Assembly (NCBI GenBank): GCA_951406725.2
Contig: OX597815.1
Location: 75,702,001 to 75,766,000 of the forward strand
Length of the DNA: 64,000 nt
From: Octopus vulgaris
Lineage: Eukaryota
Direction: 5' to 3'
The notes beneath the pieces are model-generated. The model worked only from the letters and a program-made list of their open reading frames with translations. It did not search any database and was not told the origin of the DNA. Shown here piece by piece: positions 1 to 12,924 of the stretch. Both the position numbers and the translations under genes were made by a program. Positions within the stretch are counted from its first letter, which is position 1. The number at the start of each line of letters is the position of its first letter.

Positions 1-640
1 CCGTGTATCTGCTCTCTCTCCCCGAACCCGCCCTGTAGTCTCCCGCCTCCCTTTTCCCCTCACTTACCACCCCACGACCCTACGTCTCCAACGCACCATT
101 CTTCGAGCTTTCCGTCATCTCCAGTCCGACCCGTCCACTTCACACCTCTTCCCTAACCGACCCCTCCCCTCTTTCAAACGAGCCCACAACCTTCGGGACC
201 TTTTGGTCCATAGCTCCTTCCCTGACCCTAGCTCCCAACCCGGCTCGTTCCCCTGCTCCCGCCCACGTTGCCGCACTTGCCCTTACATCTCCAACACCAC
301 CCGCCTCACTAGCACCCACCATCGACCCTATCCCATCATCCACTCCTTCACCTGCACCTCCAGCAATATTATCTATTGCATCTCTTGCTCTCTCTGCAAT
401 TCCTTGTACATCGGACAAACGGGACGCCGCTTGGCTGACCGGTTCGCGGAACACCTTCGTTACATCCACCTTGCGAACGACACACCGGTCTCACGCCATT
501 TCCGCTCAACCGGTCACTCCTTGCAACACCTATCTGTGTTCGGTTTGTCCTTACACAGAGGCCATCCGGATTCCCGTTTGCGCCGTGAACAGGAATTAAT
601 CTTCTCTCTTCGCTCTTATACGCCATTTGGTCTCAACTCT
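1..640 (+). mobile_element. Penelope-like element, C-terminal GIY-YIG endonuclease region (starts before the window)
   Basis: ORF 203..964 contains CSRPRCRTC and FTCTSSNIIYCISCSLCNSLYIGQTGRRLADRFAEH...RLRREQELIF. This is the CxxC linker plus GIY-YIG motif typical of Penelope-like elements. The rest of that ORF is CT-rich low complexity. Confidence 0.85.
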
Positions 641-1241
641 CCCCCTCCTCATCTAACCTCACCCCCCTCCTCACCTATCCTTTCTCCCCCCGACCCCTAC
701 TTCTTCAGTCCTTCATCCTTTCACCCCTACTCCCCTTCCCTTCTTCCCTCTTTCTCCCTCCCTCTTCCCCTTCCCTCTGCTCCCTCACTCCCTCTCTCCC
801 CTTCTCTCTCCCCCTCTCCCTCTTTCCTCCTTCATCCCCCTCATCCCCTTCCTTCTCCCCCATCCTCTCCTCTCCCCCTTCTCCTCCCCCTCCCCTTCTC
901 TCCCCCTCTTCTCTCCCTCCCCCTCTTCTCACCCTCCCCCTCTTCTCCTCACTACACCACATGACTTTACACATCACATCACATATGATGTGCCATACTA
1001 ATACACACACCAACTAATACCTACTAATACGTACTAATACATACTAGTACATACTAATACTTACACCAACCCTATACATACACACGTCCAGACCCCGCAT
1101 ACGCACTTATACTCTCTCACACACACACACACACACACCTATACATACCAATACGTACTAATACATACTAATACATACTAATACATACACCAACCCCATA
1201 CATACGCACGTCCAGACCAATCTTACGCACTAATACTCTCT

Positions 1242-1276
<35 letters not shown>

Positions 1277-1509
1277 ATACATACTAATACATACACCAAC
1301 CCTATACATACACACATCCAGACCCCTCCCACGCACTTTTAGCTGGTCCCTCAACCCTTTTATCAACCCTATTATCTCCCCTTATTTCGCTCTCGCGTCT
1401 CATGTTTGATCTTTGACCTCTGGCCGAAATCAGATCGCCATGTTGATTCGTTAGCTACTGCACGCATTTTTTTTCTCTCCTTCTTTCTGTGTTTTTCTCT
1501 CTCTGTGTA

Positions 1510-1547
1510 TCTTTCTGTTGAAGAGCGTAGGCTCGAAACGTTAAAGA
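1510..1547 (+). ncRNA. Hammerhead-ribozyme-like motif in the putative pseudo-LTR of the Penelope-like element
   Basis: TCTTT-CTGTTGA-A-GAGC(GTAG)GCTC-GAAACGTT-AAAGA gives stem I TCTTT/AAAGA, a stem II hairpin and palindromic AACGTT. The core deviates from CUGANGA. A related copy lies on the minus strand at ~12236-12275. Confidence 0.45.
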
Positions 1548-1645
1548 CTTGTTTTATTTATATTTCCTGAGCGCCATACTAATACAATTGTTCGTTTGTT
1601 TTCCACCTGCCTTCGTCTTTTGTTTATTTTCATAAAGCTTCCCGT

Positions 1646-1684
<39 letters not shown>

Positions 1685-1699
1685 ATATATATCTTTGCA

Positions 1700-1858
1700 A
1701 CCAGGCGGTTCGATAAAAGAGCTCGAAGAGGTAAGTAGTAGACTTAAGAAATGGATTAGTATTGGAGTCGATGTGCTTGACTAAATATTTCGAGGCGGTG
1801 CCCTAGCATGGCCGCAGTCCAGTGACTCGGTGACAGAAACAAGTAAAAGGGTAAAAGA
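1700..1858 (-). mobile_element. Degenerate SINE-like interspersed repeat (family also at ~12720-12880, 16630-16800, 28390-28560, 36590-36780, 39650-39860)
   Basis: The recurrent motif TTTCAGTCATTTGACTGCGGCCATGCTGGAGCACCGCC...TCGACCCCAG appears in either orientation at the listed sites. Confidence 0.6.
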
Positions 1859-1894
1859 AATCAGGCACACAGACACACACACAAACACACACAG

Positions 1895-1996
<102 letters not shown>

Positions 1997-2525
1997 CCAA
2001 ACGCACAAACGCACGCACACATGAAACAAGATGAACTCCAGTCCGTACGCTTATATATTTTTTTTTCTTGATCTATCATTATAAATGATATCCTGTAAAA
2101 AAATGACATTTTGACGTGTAAAATTCGTTTTCTAAGTTTGATAGAATAATAACAAATGAAATTCTATGATAACGTAGCATGTGATGAGATCCATAAACTG
2201 ATTGGAATGACACTTTTGCATGGAACAGTAAATGATTTTATAATTTTTCCTTTTCTCTCTTTCTGCGTGTGTATGTGTGTGTGAGACACACACACACGAA
2301 CACACTCATTATGTATGTATGTATGAAACTGTGAACATCTAGAGACGTCGGATGTGGATTTAGGAACTCTACAGTTCCAAATCGACTGTAAAAAGCTAAT
2401 GGGAAAATGTGGGAAATATAAAATAAAAAAGATAAAACGAACATAATCGTATTTAATGAAATATATGTTTATGTATGTGTGTATGTACTTATATAATTAT
2501 ATGTTTATGTGTATAAATATATATA

Positions 2526-2587
<62 letters not shown>

Positions 2588-3222
2588 TGGAACAAGAACG
2601 CAACAGAAGACAATAAAACATCCGGACAGATAGACGATACAAAGACAGACAGAAAAAAACAACAAAAAGATGGACAGGAAAAAACAAGGACGGGTCATTC
2701 GCAGTCTCATTCCCTCATCAGTCAAGTTCCCAGATCATCCTTGCAGTTTCGGCCCGTTACATTTGAGACTGTTCAAATCTGGCTGGCCCCAAAAAATCTA
2801 GGCTAAAAGCATTAAATTTGGGGGTAGAAAACAAACGATTGTGCACGACAACAAAGGCAAAAAAAAACGGAGAAAATGTTACACAATTACAAATGCAAAC
2901 AACTAGGAAATAGCGACAAGTAAATACGAATCAAGATGAGCTGGCGTGTGTAGAGTAAAAGCTTTGGGCTGGTATATAGGAGACGAACATAAGTGATGAA
3001 AGACATGAAACAGGAATATAAGAGATGCTCCACGGCCGGCAGTCGAGCTAACAAAGAAAGATATTGCTTGGCCGAACACCGGTCTGGTGGAAGGAAAGGA
3101 GAGAAGTAGGAGGCAGAGGGATTGAAGAATTAGGGGAGGAACGAGAAAGAGAGGAATTCAACAGTACAAGGGAGATAAACAAGGGGGGAATGTAGGAAGA
3201 TTACAGAAAGAGAAGGCCAAGA

Positions 3223-3358
<136 letters not shown>

Positions 3359-3390
3359 TCACTTTACTATGCTTCTTGTTTTCTCTAATC

Positions 3391-3565
3391 TGCAGTGAAC
3401 TAGTTTCAGCTATGCACCTTCATTCAGGGTCTGTCCACAAATGTGCTTCAAAGCGAACTGATTTTATTTATGCATGGCCAACGTATTTCGCTAATCAGTT
3501 TGCTTCAAATCACATTTGCGGATAGACTCTGAATGAAGGTGCATAGCTGAAAATAGCGTGTTGCA
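3391..3565. repeat. Fold-back inverted repeat (~175 bp)
   Basis: TTTCAGCTATGCACCTTCATTCAGGGTCT (3404-3432) is the reverse complement, with 1 mismatch, of AGACTCTGAATGAAGGTGCATAGCTGAAA (3524-3552). Inner arms CAAATGTG/CACATTTG and AACTGATT/AATCAGTT also pair. Confidence 0.75.
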
Positions 3566-4228
3566 AATGCAAGTGCATATTCTCCATGTAACAGAAAAAC
3601 GTGTCGGCCGCATAAATCAATTATGCTATATAATTAACCGGAAAAATAACAATTAAAAGAAAAAAATATGATGATGTACCAGTTTCCGTATTCTTTGTAA
3701 TTGTTTATATTTACATATATTCTTTTATTGTTTTACTTGTTTCTATCATGGTGGGACAAGCACAGACAGATAGACACGCGCACACTTTTATATATATATA
3801 TGAATATTTGAGTAGTTGAATGAATTATCTTGTTATGGATAATTCGGTTAACCGATACCTGGGTAGCAAATTCACATCAGAGAAGACACGTTTGAAGTTA
3901 CGTGCTTTCGTGTGGAAAGTTTAGTTTAGTTTTTAAAGTATTTAAAGCTAGTTTTTAAAAAAAATTAGGTTAGTCAGATACATTAATTAATGAAGTAAGT
4001 GCTGATATACTTAATGTAGTGGGTGTAATGATTTTAAATAATCAAAACATTTAACCGTATGTGGGGCCGGGAGGGAAAAACATAAAGACAACGATGATGA
4101 CACATATATACATACACACACACACACATGCTTACATACACACACACACGCACACGCGCACACGCACATATAAACACATATATATATATGTGTGTGTGTG
4201 TGTGTATGTGTGTGTGTGTGTGTGTGTG

Positions 4229-4535
4229 TGGAGGCGCAATGGCCCAGTGGTTAGGGCAGCGGACTCGCGGTCGTAGGATCGCAGTTTCGATTCCTAGACC
4301 GGGCGTTGTGAGTGTTTATTGAGCGAAAACACCTAAAGCTCCACGAGGCTCCGGCAGGGGGTGGTGGCGATCCCTGCTGTACTCTTTCGCCACAACCTTC
4401 TCTCACTCTTTCTTCTACTGGCCTGCTCGCTTAGCCAGCGGGGTGGCGTCATTTAAAGGCTAAAACAATGCAAAACGCATTGTGACCAGCGATGTGTAGT
4501 AACATCTGATAGCCTGGTTGGTCACGGTGATCACG

Positions 4536-4540
<5 letters not shown>
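4229..4540 (+). mobile_element. tRNA-derived SINE
   Basis: Head GGAGGCGCAATGGCCCAGTGGTTAGGGCAGCGGACTCGCGG...GTTTCGATTCC has A- and B-box-like motifs. The element ends at a (TA)n run. The same head occurs at 11149. Confidence 0.8.
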
Positions 4541-4599
<59 letters not shown>

Positions 4600-4730
4600 A
4601 TGTAAAAAAATACAAACTGTGACAAGAACGCATAACACTTAGAAGACGATACAACAAACACAGACAGGACATTCGAAGCCCTCAGTCTTCAGCCAAGAAC
4701 CGGATCATCGTAGTAATTTCGGCTGATTAA

Positions 4731-5190
<460 letters not shown>

Positions 5191-5205
5191 TGTGTTTGTG
5201 TGCGC

Positions 5206-5243
<38 letters not shown>

Positions 5244-6454
5244 ACATGTGTGTGTGTGTGTGTAAACATGTGTGTGTGTGTGTGTAAACATGTGTGTGTG
5301 TGTGTGTATATGTATATATGTGTCATCATCGTTGTCTTTATGTTTTTCCCTCCCGGCTCCACATACGGTTAAAAGTTTTGATTATTTAAAGTCATTACAC
5401 TCACTACATTAAGTATATCAGCACTTACTTCATTAATTAATGTATCTGACTAACCTAATTTTTAAAAAAATAGCTTTAAATACTTTAAAAATTAAAAACA
5501 AATATTGTTTAGTTTGCCTATGTTCTGGTAATACCAGTTATCACTAATGCTACTACTCACTCACAGAATATAAATAGCATGAAGTTAGAAAATGAATAGG
5601 GAAAAATACATTTACTCATTCTTTTTAGGTATTCAGGCAGATAAATATGTTAATCTATTCCACGTAAATGTTTCTCTTTGTTCTAAACAAGCAAAAATGT
5701 CATTCTTGTAAGCTCATTAAGCTTGAATTACTCTGCTCTGACGCCACATGCGAATAAAGGTTTTGTATACCCATCATCATTCACCCTGAACATTACTGTC
5801 TTGAATCCTAGGATTCCTAAGATCCGGCTACCCGATTTCCATGACATATAAGTGACCGAGGTCACAACATCCACCCACCCCGCTGAACGAGACACAAGTC
5901 TGTCTCGGTATTACTCACTTACAGCTATGTGAACTGGAGCAACGTGAAGTGTTTTACTCAAGAACACAACGTACCACCCGGTCCGGTCCGGAAATCGAAA
6001 TCGCGATCGAGAGTACAGCACTTTAACCACTAGACCACGCGTGTTCATTTTCTACATAATGAAAATGCATTAAAAATATTCAGAAAAATGACAATTAGTG
6101 CAGCACACAAACTATATTATTATAATAGCCATACAGATTCTCATAATAAAATAAAATCACCTGACTATAAAGAATTTGTTTAATGTTTACTTACTATACA
6201 TGATTTATGCAGTAATAAATTACTGGAATATTTTGATAAAATGCCTGTTAAGGTTAGCACAATTACAGGTCAGGTCGTTAGATAACAAAATTATATAAGA
6301 ATTATTCAAATTTAAATTCCAAAACATTTTTTCACACTATAGAATGTGTTACATAGAAATTGTTTTATATATAGTTGATAATTTCTCAAGATGAAACTAA
6401 TATATAAGATATCAGACGATTACATGTTATATTAGGTTTCTAATAACGATTTGA

Positions 6455-7480
6455 GGTTAGGCACAAGGCCAGCAATTTTAGGGGAGAGAGTAAGTCGAGT
6501 ACATCGACTTCAGTTGCTCAACTGGTACTTATTTTATCGCCCCTGAGCAGATGAAAAGCGAAATCAAAACGGGTGGGATTTGAACAGAAAACTTAAAGAG
6601 TCAGCAGAAATGTTCGACGCGTTAACAATTCCGCCTAATACTACAATTAAAGGTGATAAAATTGTAGAAGTAAAGGTACTGTAATGGTTTCAAATTTTGG
6701 CACATCACCTTGATGGCATGTGCTTCTCTCTCAATAATAATAATAATAATAATCCTTTCTACAACAGGCACAATGCTTGAAATGTTAGGGGATGGAGTAA
6801 ATCGATTGCATTCACTCCAGTACTCATTTGGTACTTATTTCATTGACTCCGAAAAGATGAAAAGCAAAGTTGAGCTCGGTGGAATTTGAACTTAGAACGT
6901 AAAGGTGGAAGAAATGCCGCTAAGCCCTTTTTCCAGCGTGCTACCGATTCTACCAGTTCACCACCTTAATAATAACGATAATAATACTTTCTACTATAGG
7001 CACAAGGCCTGGAATTTGGAGAAAGGGAGTAGTTGGTTACATCGACTCCAGTACTCAGTTGGTGCTTATTTTATATATTCTACAACAGGCACAATGCTTG
7101 AAATGTTAGGGGTGGAGTAAATCGATTGCATTCACTCCAGTACTCATTTGGTACTTATTTCATTGACTCCGAAAGGATGAAAAGCAAAGTCGACCTCAAC
7201 GGAATTTGAACTCAGAACTTGAAGACGGACGAAATACCGTTAAGCATTTTGCTCAGCGTGCTAACGATTCTGCCAACTCACTGCCTTGATAATAATAATA
7301 ATCCTTTCTACTAAAGGCACAAGGCCTGAAATTTTAATGCAGGGGTGGTGGATATTAGTCGATTACATTGACTCCAGTACTCATCTGGTACTTATTTCAT
7401 TAACCCCTAAAAGATGAAAAGCAAAGTCAACCTCAGTAAAATTTGAACTCAGAACGTAAAGACAGACGAAATGCAGCTAA
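6455..7480 (-). mobile_element. Cluster of about 5 tandem or nested copies of a third SINE family (also ~24622-24828 +, 25110-25320 -, 31000-31410 -, 32708-32935 -, 41000-41395 +)
   Basis: Repeated unit GGCACAAGGCC...CGACTCCAGTACTCA..TGGTACTTATTT...GAAAGGATGAAAAGCAAAGTCGACCTC..GGAATTTGAACTCAGAACG, the reverse complement of a B-box-containing SINE. Units are separated by (TAA)n. Confidence 0.75.
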
Positions 7481-7934
7481 TGACGCTTGCTTCTAATAAG
7501 ATTAGGACCCTACGGTGGAGGCGCGTGGAGAGTCTAATTCCACGACTCTCCAAGGAATAGTAGGCGGAGAAAATGGATGGATGATTTGTGATATAAAAAA
7601 ATTAACTAAACACGTTAAATGTAATAAATACATCACAGTTAGTTGTAAATATTACATAACTACAATTAGTCAAAAATAATTATAGTTAACCTAACTAGTT
7701 ACAACCAGTTATAACTAACCTAACTGTTCACAGCTAACTGAACACGGTACACTACTTACATCTAAATAATTACGGCTAATTATTATACAGTTAATTATTA
7801 TTCGTCGCACACAATAGGTGAATGAAATTTTGTTGTTTTTTTGTTGTTGTTTTTTGTTGTTTTTATGGTTTTTGGTTTACTTGCGTCTTGGTCTTTTGGG
7901 AGTTGGAAATTTGGCATTAAATACAAGCTACATC

Positions 7935-8200
7935 AGTGAGATGATGATGACGATGCAGCCGCCTACGACAACGGCGATGATGATGATGACGATGACGTTG
8001 ATGCTGATGACGATGACGACGGTGCTGATGACGACGACGACGACGACTATAACGATGACGACGACGACGATGATGATGATGACGATGACGACGGTGCTGG
8101 TGATGATGACAACGATGACGACGACGGCTATAACGATGGTGATGATAATGATAAGGAGGAGGAGGACCACCACCATAACGACGTTGATTTTGTGATGATG
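7935..8200. repeat. Degenerate (GAT/GAC)n trinucleotide repeat
   Basis: Low-complexity run. Confidence 0.85.
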
Positions 8201-8927
8201 TTTAACCTCAGGTTATGGCTGACGGGTGGGTGGGATTGGTTCCAGCATCTATTTTGAACACTTAATTGCATGAAGATAATAGAAAACTAGTCTTCCATTT
8301 CGTTTTTCTATTTGGTTTGCAAGATTCTTGATTTAAGCTCGTATGCTGAAAGATTTTTTTTGTATCTTGGGAGGATCAGTATGCTAATAAAAACACACGC
8401 ACTGATTCGTTGATTTACTTTACTCGTTAACTGATTAACTACCTAACCAACTAACGGATCTGAAGCTATCCTGGAGGAAAGAGGGCATATCATCGGGGAG
8501 ATCACGAATGGCGAAGAAAGAACTCCGACAAATATGACTGGTCGAGAGTGATCAATTGAAAGATTAATCAAACAATCGATTAGTTAGATGGTTAAATAAT
8601 TAACCAATCAATGAATGATAAAGAAGTGAATTGGAACCACGGAGAGTGTTTATTATTGGCGTAATGACCCCACCGAGATACAACGCAGTCTTACATTTTT
8701 TTCACGAAAAGGTACCACAAATTGGTAGAAACCAAACTTTTTAGTCAATGGCTGCTGATCTGTGATTTAAATTCTGTAAAATGAAGTTTGGAGATATTGG
8801 AGGAATGTTTCTCCATTAATTTCTTCCGTAACTTTAGAAAGTTATGGACGTCTTTAAATTTATAGGTAATTCTCCATTATGACAACAGCGTTCTTATTTT
8901 TATGTGTTTTGCGAAACCTGGAACAGG

Positions 8928-8947
8928 CTGTTGCTGTTGTGTAGCGG

Positions 8948-8979
<32 letters not shown>

Positions 8980-9275
8980 GGTGGTGGTGGTGACGGTGCT
9001 GCTGCTGTTGCTGGTGCTGCTGCTGTTGCTGGTGCTACTGCTGCTGCTTGCTACTGCTGCTGCTTGTGCTACTGCTGCTGCTGGTTCAGGTGGTGGCGGT
9101 GGTAGCAGTGGTGGTGATGGTGGTGATGGTGATGGTGGTGGTGGTGGTGGTGGTGCTGGTGCTGCTGGTGCTGCTGCTGGTGCTGCTGCTGCTGCTGGTG
9201 GTGATACCGGTGCTAGTGCTGGTGACGCTAGTGCTGGTGTCGCTAGTGCTAGTGGTGGTGGTGGTTGTGGTGGTC
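8928..9275. repeat. Compound (GTT)/(GGT)/(GCT)n trinucleotide repeat
   Basis: Low-complexity run that gives poly-V/G/A/L ORFs in all three frames. Confidence 0.9.
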
Positions 9276-10090
9276 TTTAACTCCAGGTCACCCCTGATCG
9301 TGTAGAGTAATGATCAAAATCATTCCAACCATTCTTTTTAGGCATAAAAAAAAGAATGGCCATCCATTCTTTTTAGGCATAATGTATCTTGGACTTTTAT
9401 AAGACAGTAAGGCGTGATTTAGGGAGATTTCGTTGTTATTTCTAACAGGCCGACTGACCTTATAGAAGTTCCCCTGAAACTGGTTATGAACTATTCTCAT
9501 CTACGACTATAGACACCATTAGATTTATTGCACGTACAACTTGGGTTGGTTATGTAAACTACTAGACTTTGTATACAGCTAAAGTAACTGGTTATATATA
9601 CAAGGCGGAAAAATTTAACATTGAACAAACAACCGTCTAGATTGTGCTTAAACTAGATGACGTATGAAACTGCTAATAAATTTTTCAATGAGCAAATCAT
9701 TTTCAAAGTCAATATTTGTGAAGTTATCATATGATAGCTACTATTTCATATATCTACCAAAATTCCTATTTCTATCATGATAAAGAATAATAAAAAAAAA
9801 CACAAATAGATTCATAAATTTAAACTACAAAATTGTTGCGCTTCAATTGCAATGTTCAGATTTAAATTTTCAATGCTCTCCAGAAAAAGATTTCTAAGCG
9901 TTTACAGATAAAGAAACAGGCAAGTAACGAATTATATTTTCTGACTTCTAAATCGAAACTTTAAACAGGTTGAAAGGTCTTTAACCTTTTCAACTAATAC
10001 ATAAATGCACGCACACACACATACACACACACACATATACACACGCATGCACGCATACACACACATAAATGCATACACACACACACACAC

Positions 10091-10121
<31 letters not shown>

Positions 10122-10444
10122 ATGCTGTGTGGTAAGATGCTTGCTTCCCAACCACATGGTTCCGGGTTCAGTCTCCCTGCGTGAAACCTTTGGCAAGTGT
10201 CTTCTACTATAGCCACGGGTCAACCAAAGCCTTGTGAGTGGATTTGGTAGATGGAAACTGAAAGAAGCCCATCGTATATATATATTTAAATATATATATA
10301 TGTATTTCTGTGTGTGTGTGTCTCCACCACGACCACCGCTTGGCAACCGGTGCTGGTGTGTTTACGTCCCCACAAGTTAGCTATTCGGCGAAAGAAACCG
10401 ATAGAATAAGTTCTAAGCTTTAAGAAGTAAGTACCGGGCTCATA

Positions 10445-10600
10445 TTATTAATATCCCAGAAAAGGTCTCAGAAATGACAAAGCAACCTTACTCTGAGATA
10501 TATCAATACACACAGGTAGAGAGACCGGATATAGTTGTCACAGATCATCAAGGAAAATGCCTTCTAATTGACGTATCAATCCCAATACGTGACAGTGCAT
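10445..10600 (+). mobile_element. Fragment of a restriction-like-endonuclease (R4/Dong-type) non-LTR retrotransposon
   Basis: Peptide RPDIVVTDHQGKCLLIDVSIP matches the PD..D catalytic motif of RLE domains in early-branching LINEs. Confidence 0.6.
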
Positions 10601-10626
10601 CGAGAGAGAGTGAGAGAGAGAGAGAG

Positions 10627-10682
<56 letters not shown>

Positions 10683-11148
10683 CGCGCGTGTGTGTGTCAC
10701 TTTTTAAAGTTATCTCTACAAATTTCCTATAAAAATTAGAGCCAACACTGCAAGTTACGACGTTTCATTCACGAATACGTCTATGTATACAATGCGAACG
10801 ATGATAGAAAAATAGGTTATGGGTATATATGCATAATTCGAAAGTCGAACACATTACTTAAATAACCACTAAATTTATTGTAATTTTGGATATACCAATA
10901 TTACATATCAAACACAATCCTGGCAACTTTTACGAAAATATCAATTACTGATAGGGACACCGCGTTTCGTTATGCAACCATAATATACTTCCAAGTATAT
11001 TAAAGGCTAAGTCAGTTCAGAATCCTACTTGTGTTAGCAGTATGATTCAATCATTTTTTTTTGTTATCTCTACAAATTTTCCATAGGATTTAGAGCCAGC
11101 ACTGAAAGTTACTCAATAGTATATTATGGTTGTTACATAACGAAATGT

Positions 11149-11465
11149 GGAGGCGCAATTGCCCAGTGGTTAAGGCAGCGGACTCGCGGTCGGAGGATCG
11201 CGGTTTCGATTCCCAGACCGGGCGTTGTGTGTGTTTATTGAGCGAAAACACCTAAAAGCTCCAAGAGGCTCTGGCATGGGTGGGCGGCTCCTGTTGTACT
11301 CTTTCGCCCCAACTTTCTCTCACTCTTTCTTCCTGTTTCTTGACTAACGCTGCGATGGACTGGCGTCCCGCCCAGCTGAGGGGAACACATACGCCATAGA
11401 AACCGGGAAACCGGGCCCATGAGCCTGGCTATGCTTGAAAAGGGCGCATAAATATAAAAAATAAA
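11149..11465 (+). mobile_element. tRNA-derived SINE with target-site duplication
   Basis: Same head as 4229 (GGAGGCGCAATTGCCCAGTGGTTAAGG...GGTTTCGATTCCC), A-rich tail, flanked by duplicated ATAACGAAAT. Confidence 0.8.
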
Positions 11466-11618
11466 ATATAACGAAATACAGTGCCCAATGAACAATTAAT
11501 ATTTCGTACAAGTTACCAGGAATGTGTTTACTATGTAAAATTGGTATATCCAATTGTTTTACACCACTAAATTAAGTGGCTAATTAAGCAATGTATTCGT
11601 GGATGGTTAATGGGTTAG

Positions 11619-11661
11619 ATATGTACTGATGAAGGGGCAAGAACTCCTGAAATATACATAT
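11619..11661 (+). ncRNA. Minimal type I hammerhead-like motif
   Basis: ATATGTA-CTGATGA-AGGGG(CAAGAA)CTCCT-GAAA-TA-TACATAT: perfect 7-bp stem I, canonical core, 5-bp stem II. Stem III is essentially absent. Confidence 0.5.
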
Positions 11662-12064
11662 ACACACATTATCTATTTTTCTATCTTCGATTGCGCTACT
11701 TACGTTGACATATTGGTATACGAAACGTCGTAACTTTTAGTGTTGGCTCAAATTTCTATTAAAAAAAAAGTTGATTAATTCGCGCTGCTAACACAGATAG
11801 AACGCAATATTGACTCATAAGCCTTTGGTAAATTTGGTAGCATATTATGGTTGCATAACGAACTACGTTGTCCCTACCAGCAATTAATACATATATAGTC
11901 GTCTCAGAATCCATAACTCAGAAAAATAATGTTCTTGCATATTTGCCAGCAGAGTGTGTATATTAATAAAAAAGAAAATACTGTACCTGCCATCTCTGAA
12001 GAGCACGTTCTGTTACTTGACTATAATGTTATCTAATATCTGGTTTATACGACACACACACACA

Positions 12065-12142
<78 letters not shown>

Positions 12143-12370
12143 TACATATATATATATAGTTCAAATTTACAGAAGACGAAGACAGGTGAAAGAACAACAA
12201 ACAGGTGTATTAGTTGAACGCTCGGGAAGAATGAAAGTCTTTTTCATTTCAAGCCTACGCTCTTCGACAGAAAGGATTATGAGGAAAGTAAACGGTGAAA
12301 GAAAAATTGTGTAAGGCTTTACGGTTCAACATGTATATAAATACACACACGCACACACGCACGCACACAC

Positions 12371-12418
<48 letters not shown>

Positions 12419-12479
12419 TGTCGTTTGAATTAGGCAAAAATGAAAATAATATTGACATCTTATTTTAATATATATATTT

Positions 12480-12710
12480 ACCAAAATTACATAAAAATAT
12501 CTTGAAATACTAAAGACTAAATTTATTCAATAGAATCGCCATTCGCTTCAATCACAGCCTGCAGACGACTTCGGAATCTCCCGAAACTCTTCTGGGCGGT
12601 CTCCTAGTTTAAATTGGTGAATGCTACCATAATCCTTGCCTTCAGTTCATTTTTGGTGTTACAAGAGTTTTGTTGGTCTCTCGCTCAACTACGCCCCACA
12701 CATAATAACG
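12480..12710 (-). mobile_element. Tc1/mariner-superfamily transposase 3' fragment (same family as 38040-38848)
   Basis: The reverse complement matches 38525-38770 (GAGCGAGAGACCAACAAAACTC..TGTAACACCAA..ATGAACTGAAGGCAAGGATTATGG). Confidence 0.75.
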
Positions 12711-12924
12711 AAGGGGGTTACTGGTGTGTTTATGTACCCGTAACTTAGCAATTCGGCAAAAGAGACCGATAGAATAAGTACTAGGCTTACAAAGAATAAG
12801 TCCTGAAGTCGATTTGCTCGACTAAAGGAGGTGTTCCAGCATGGCCACAGTCAAATGGCTGAAACAAATAAAAGAGTAAAAGCATATGTATGAATTTATT
12901 CATATATATATATATATATATAAT

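Noticed and set aside
4229-4305. tRNA gene (also 11149, ~35230 and others)
   Set aside because: The tRNA-like heads continue into shared SINE bodies and lack a complete cloverleaf and terminator.
7818-8195. Met/Thr-rich or Asp-rich ORF
   Set aside because: Translation of a (GAT/GAC)n repeat.
8902-9305. Gly/Ala-rich or Val/Leu-rich ORFs
   Set aside because: All three frames are open only because of trinucleotide repeats. No splice or domain evidence.
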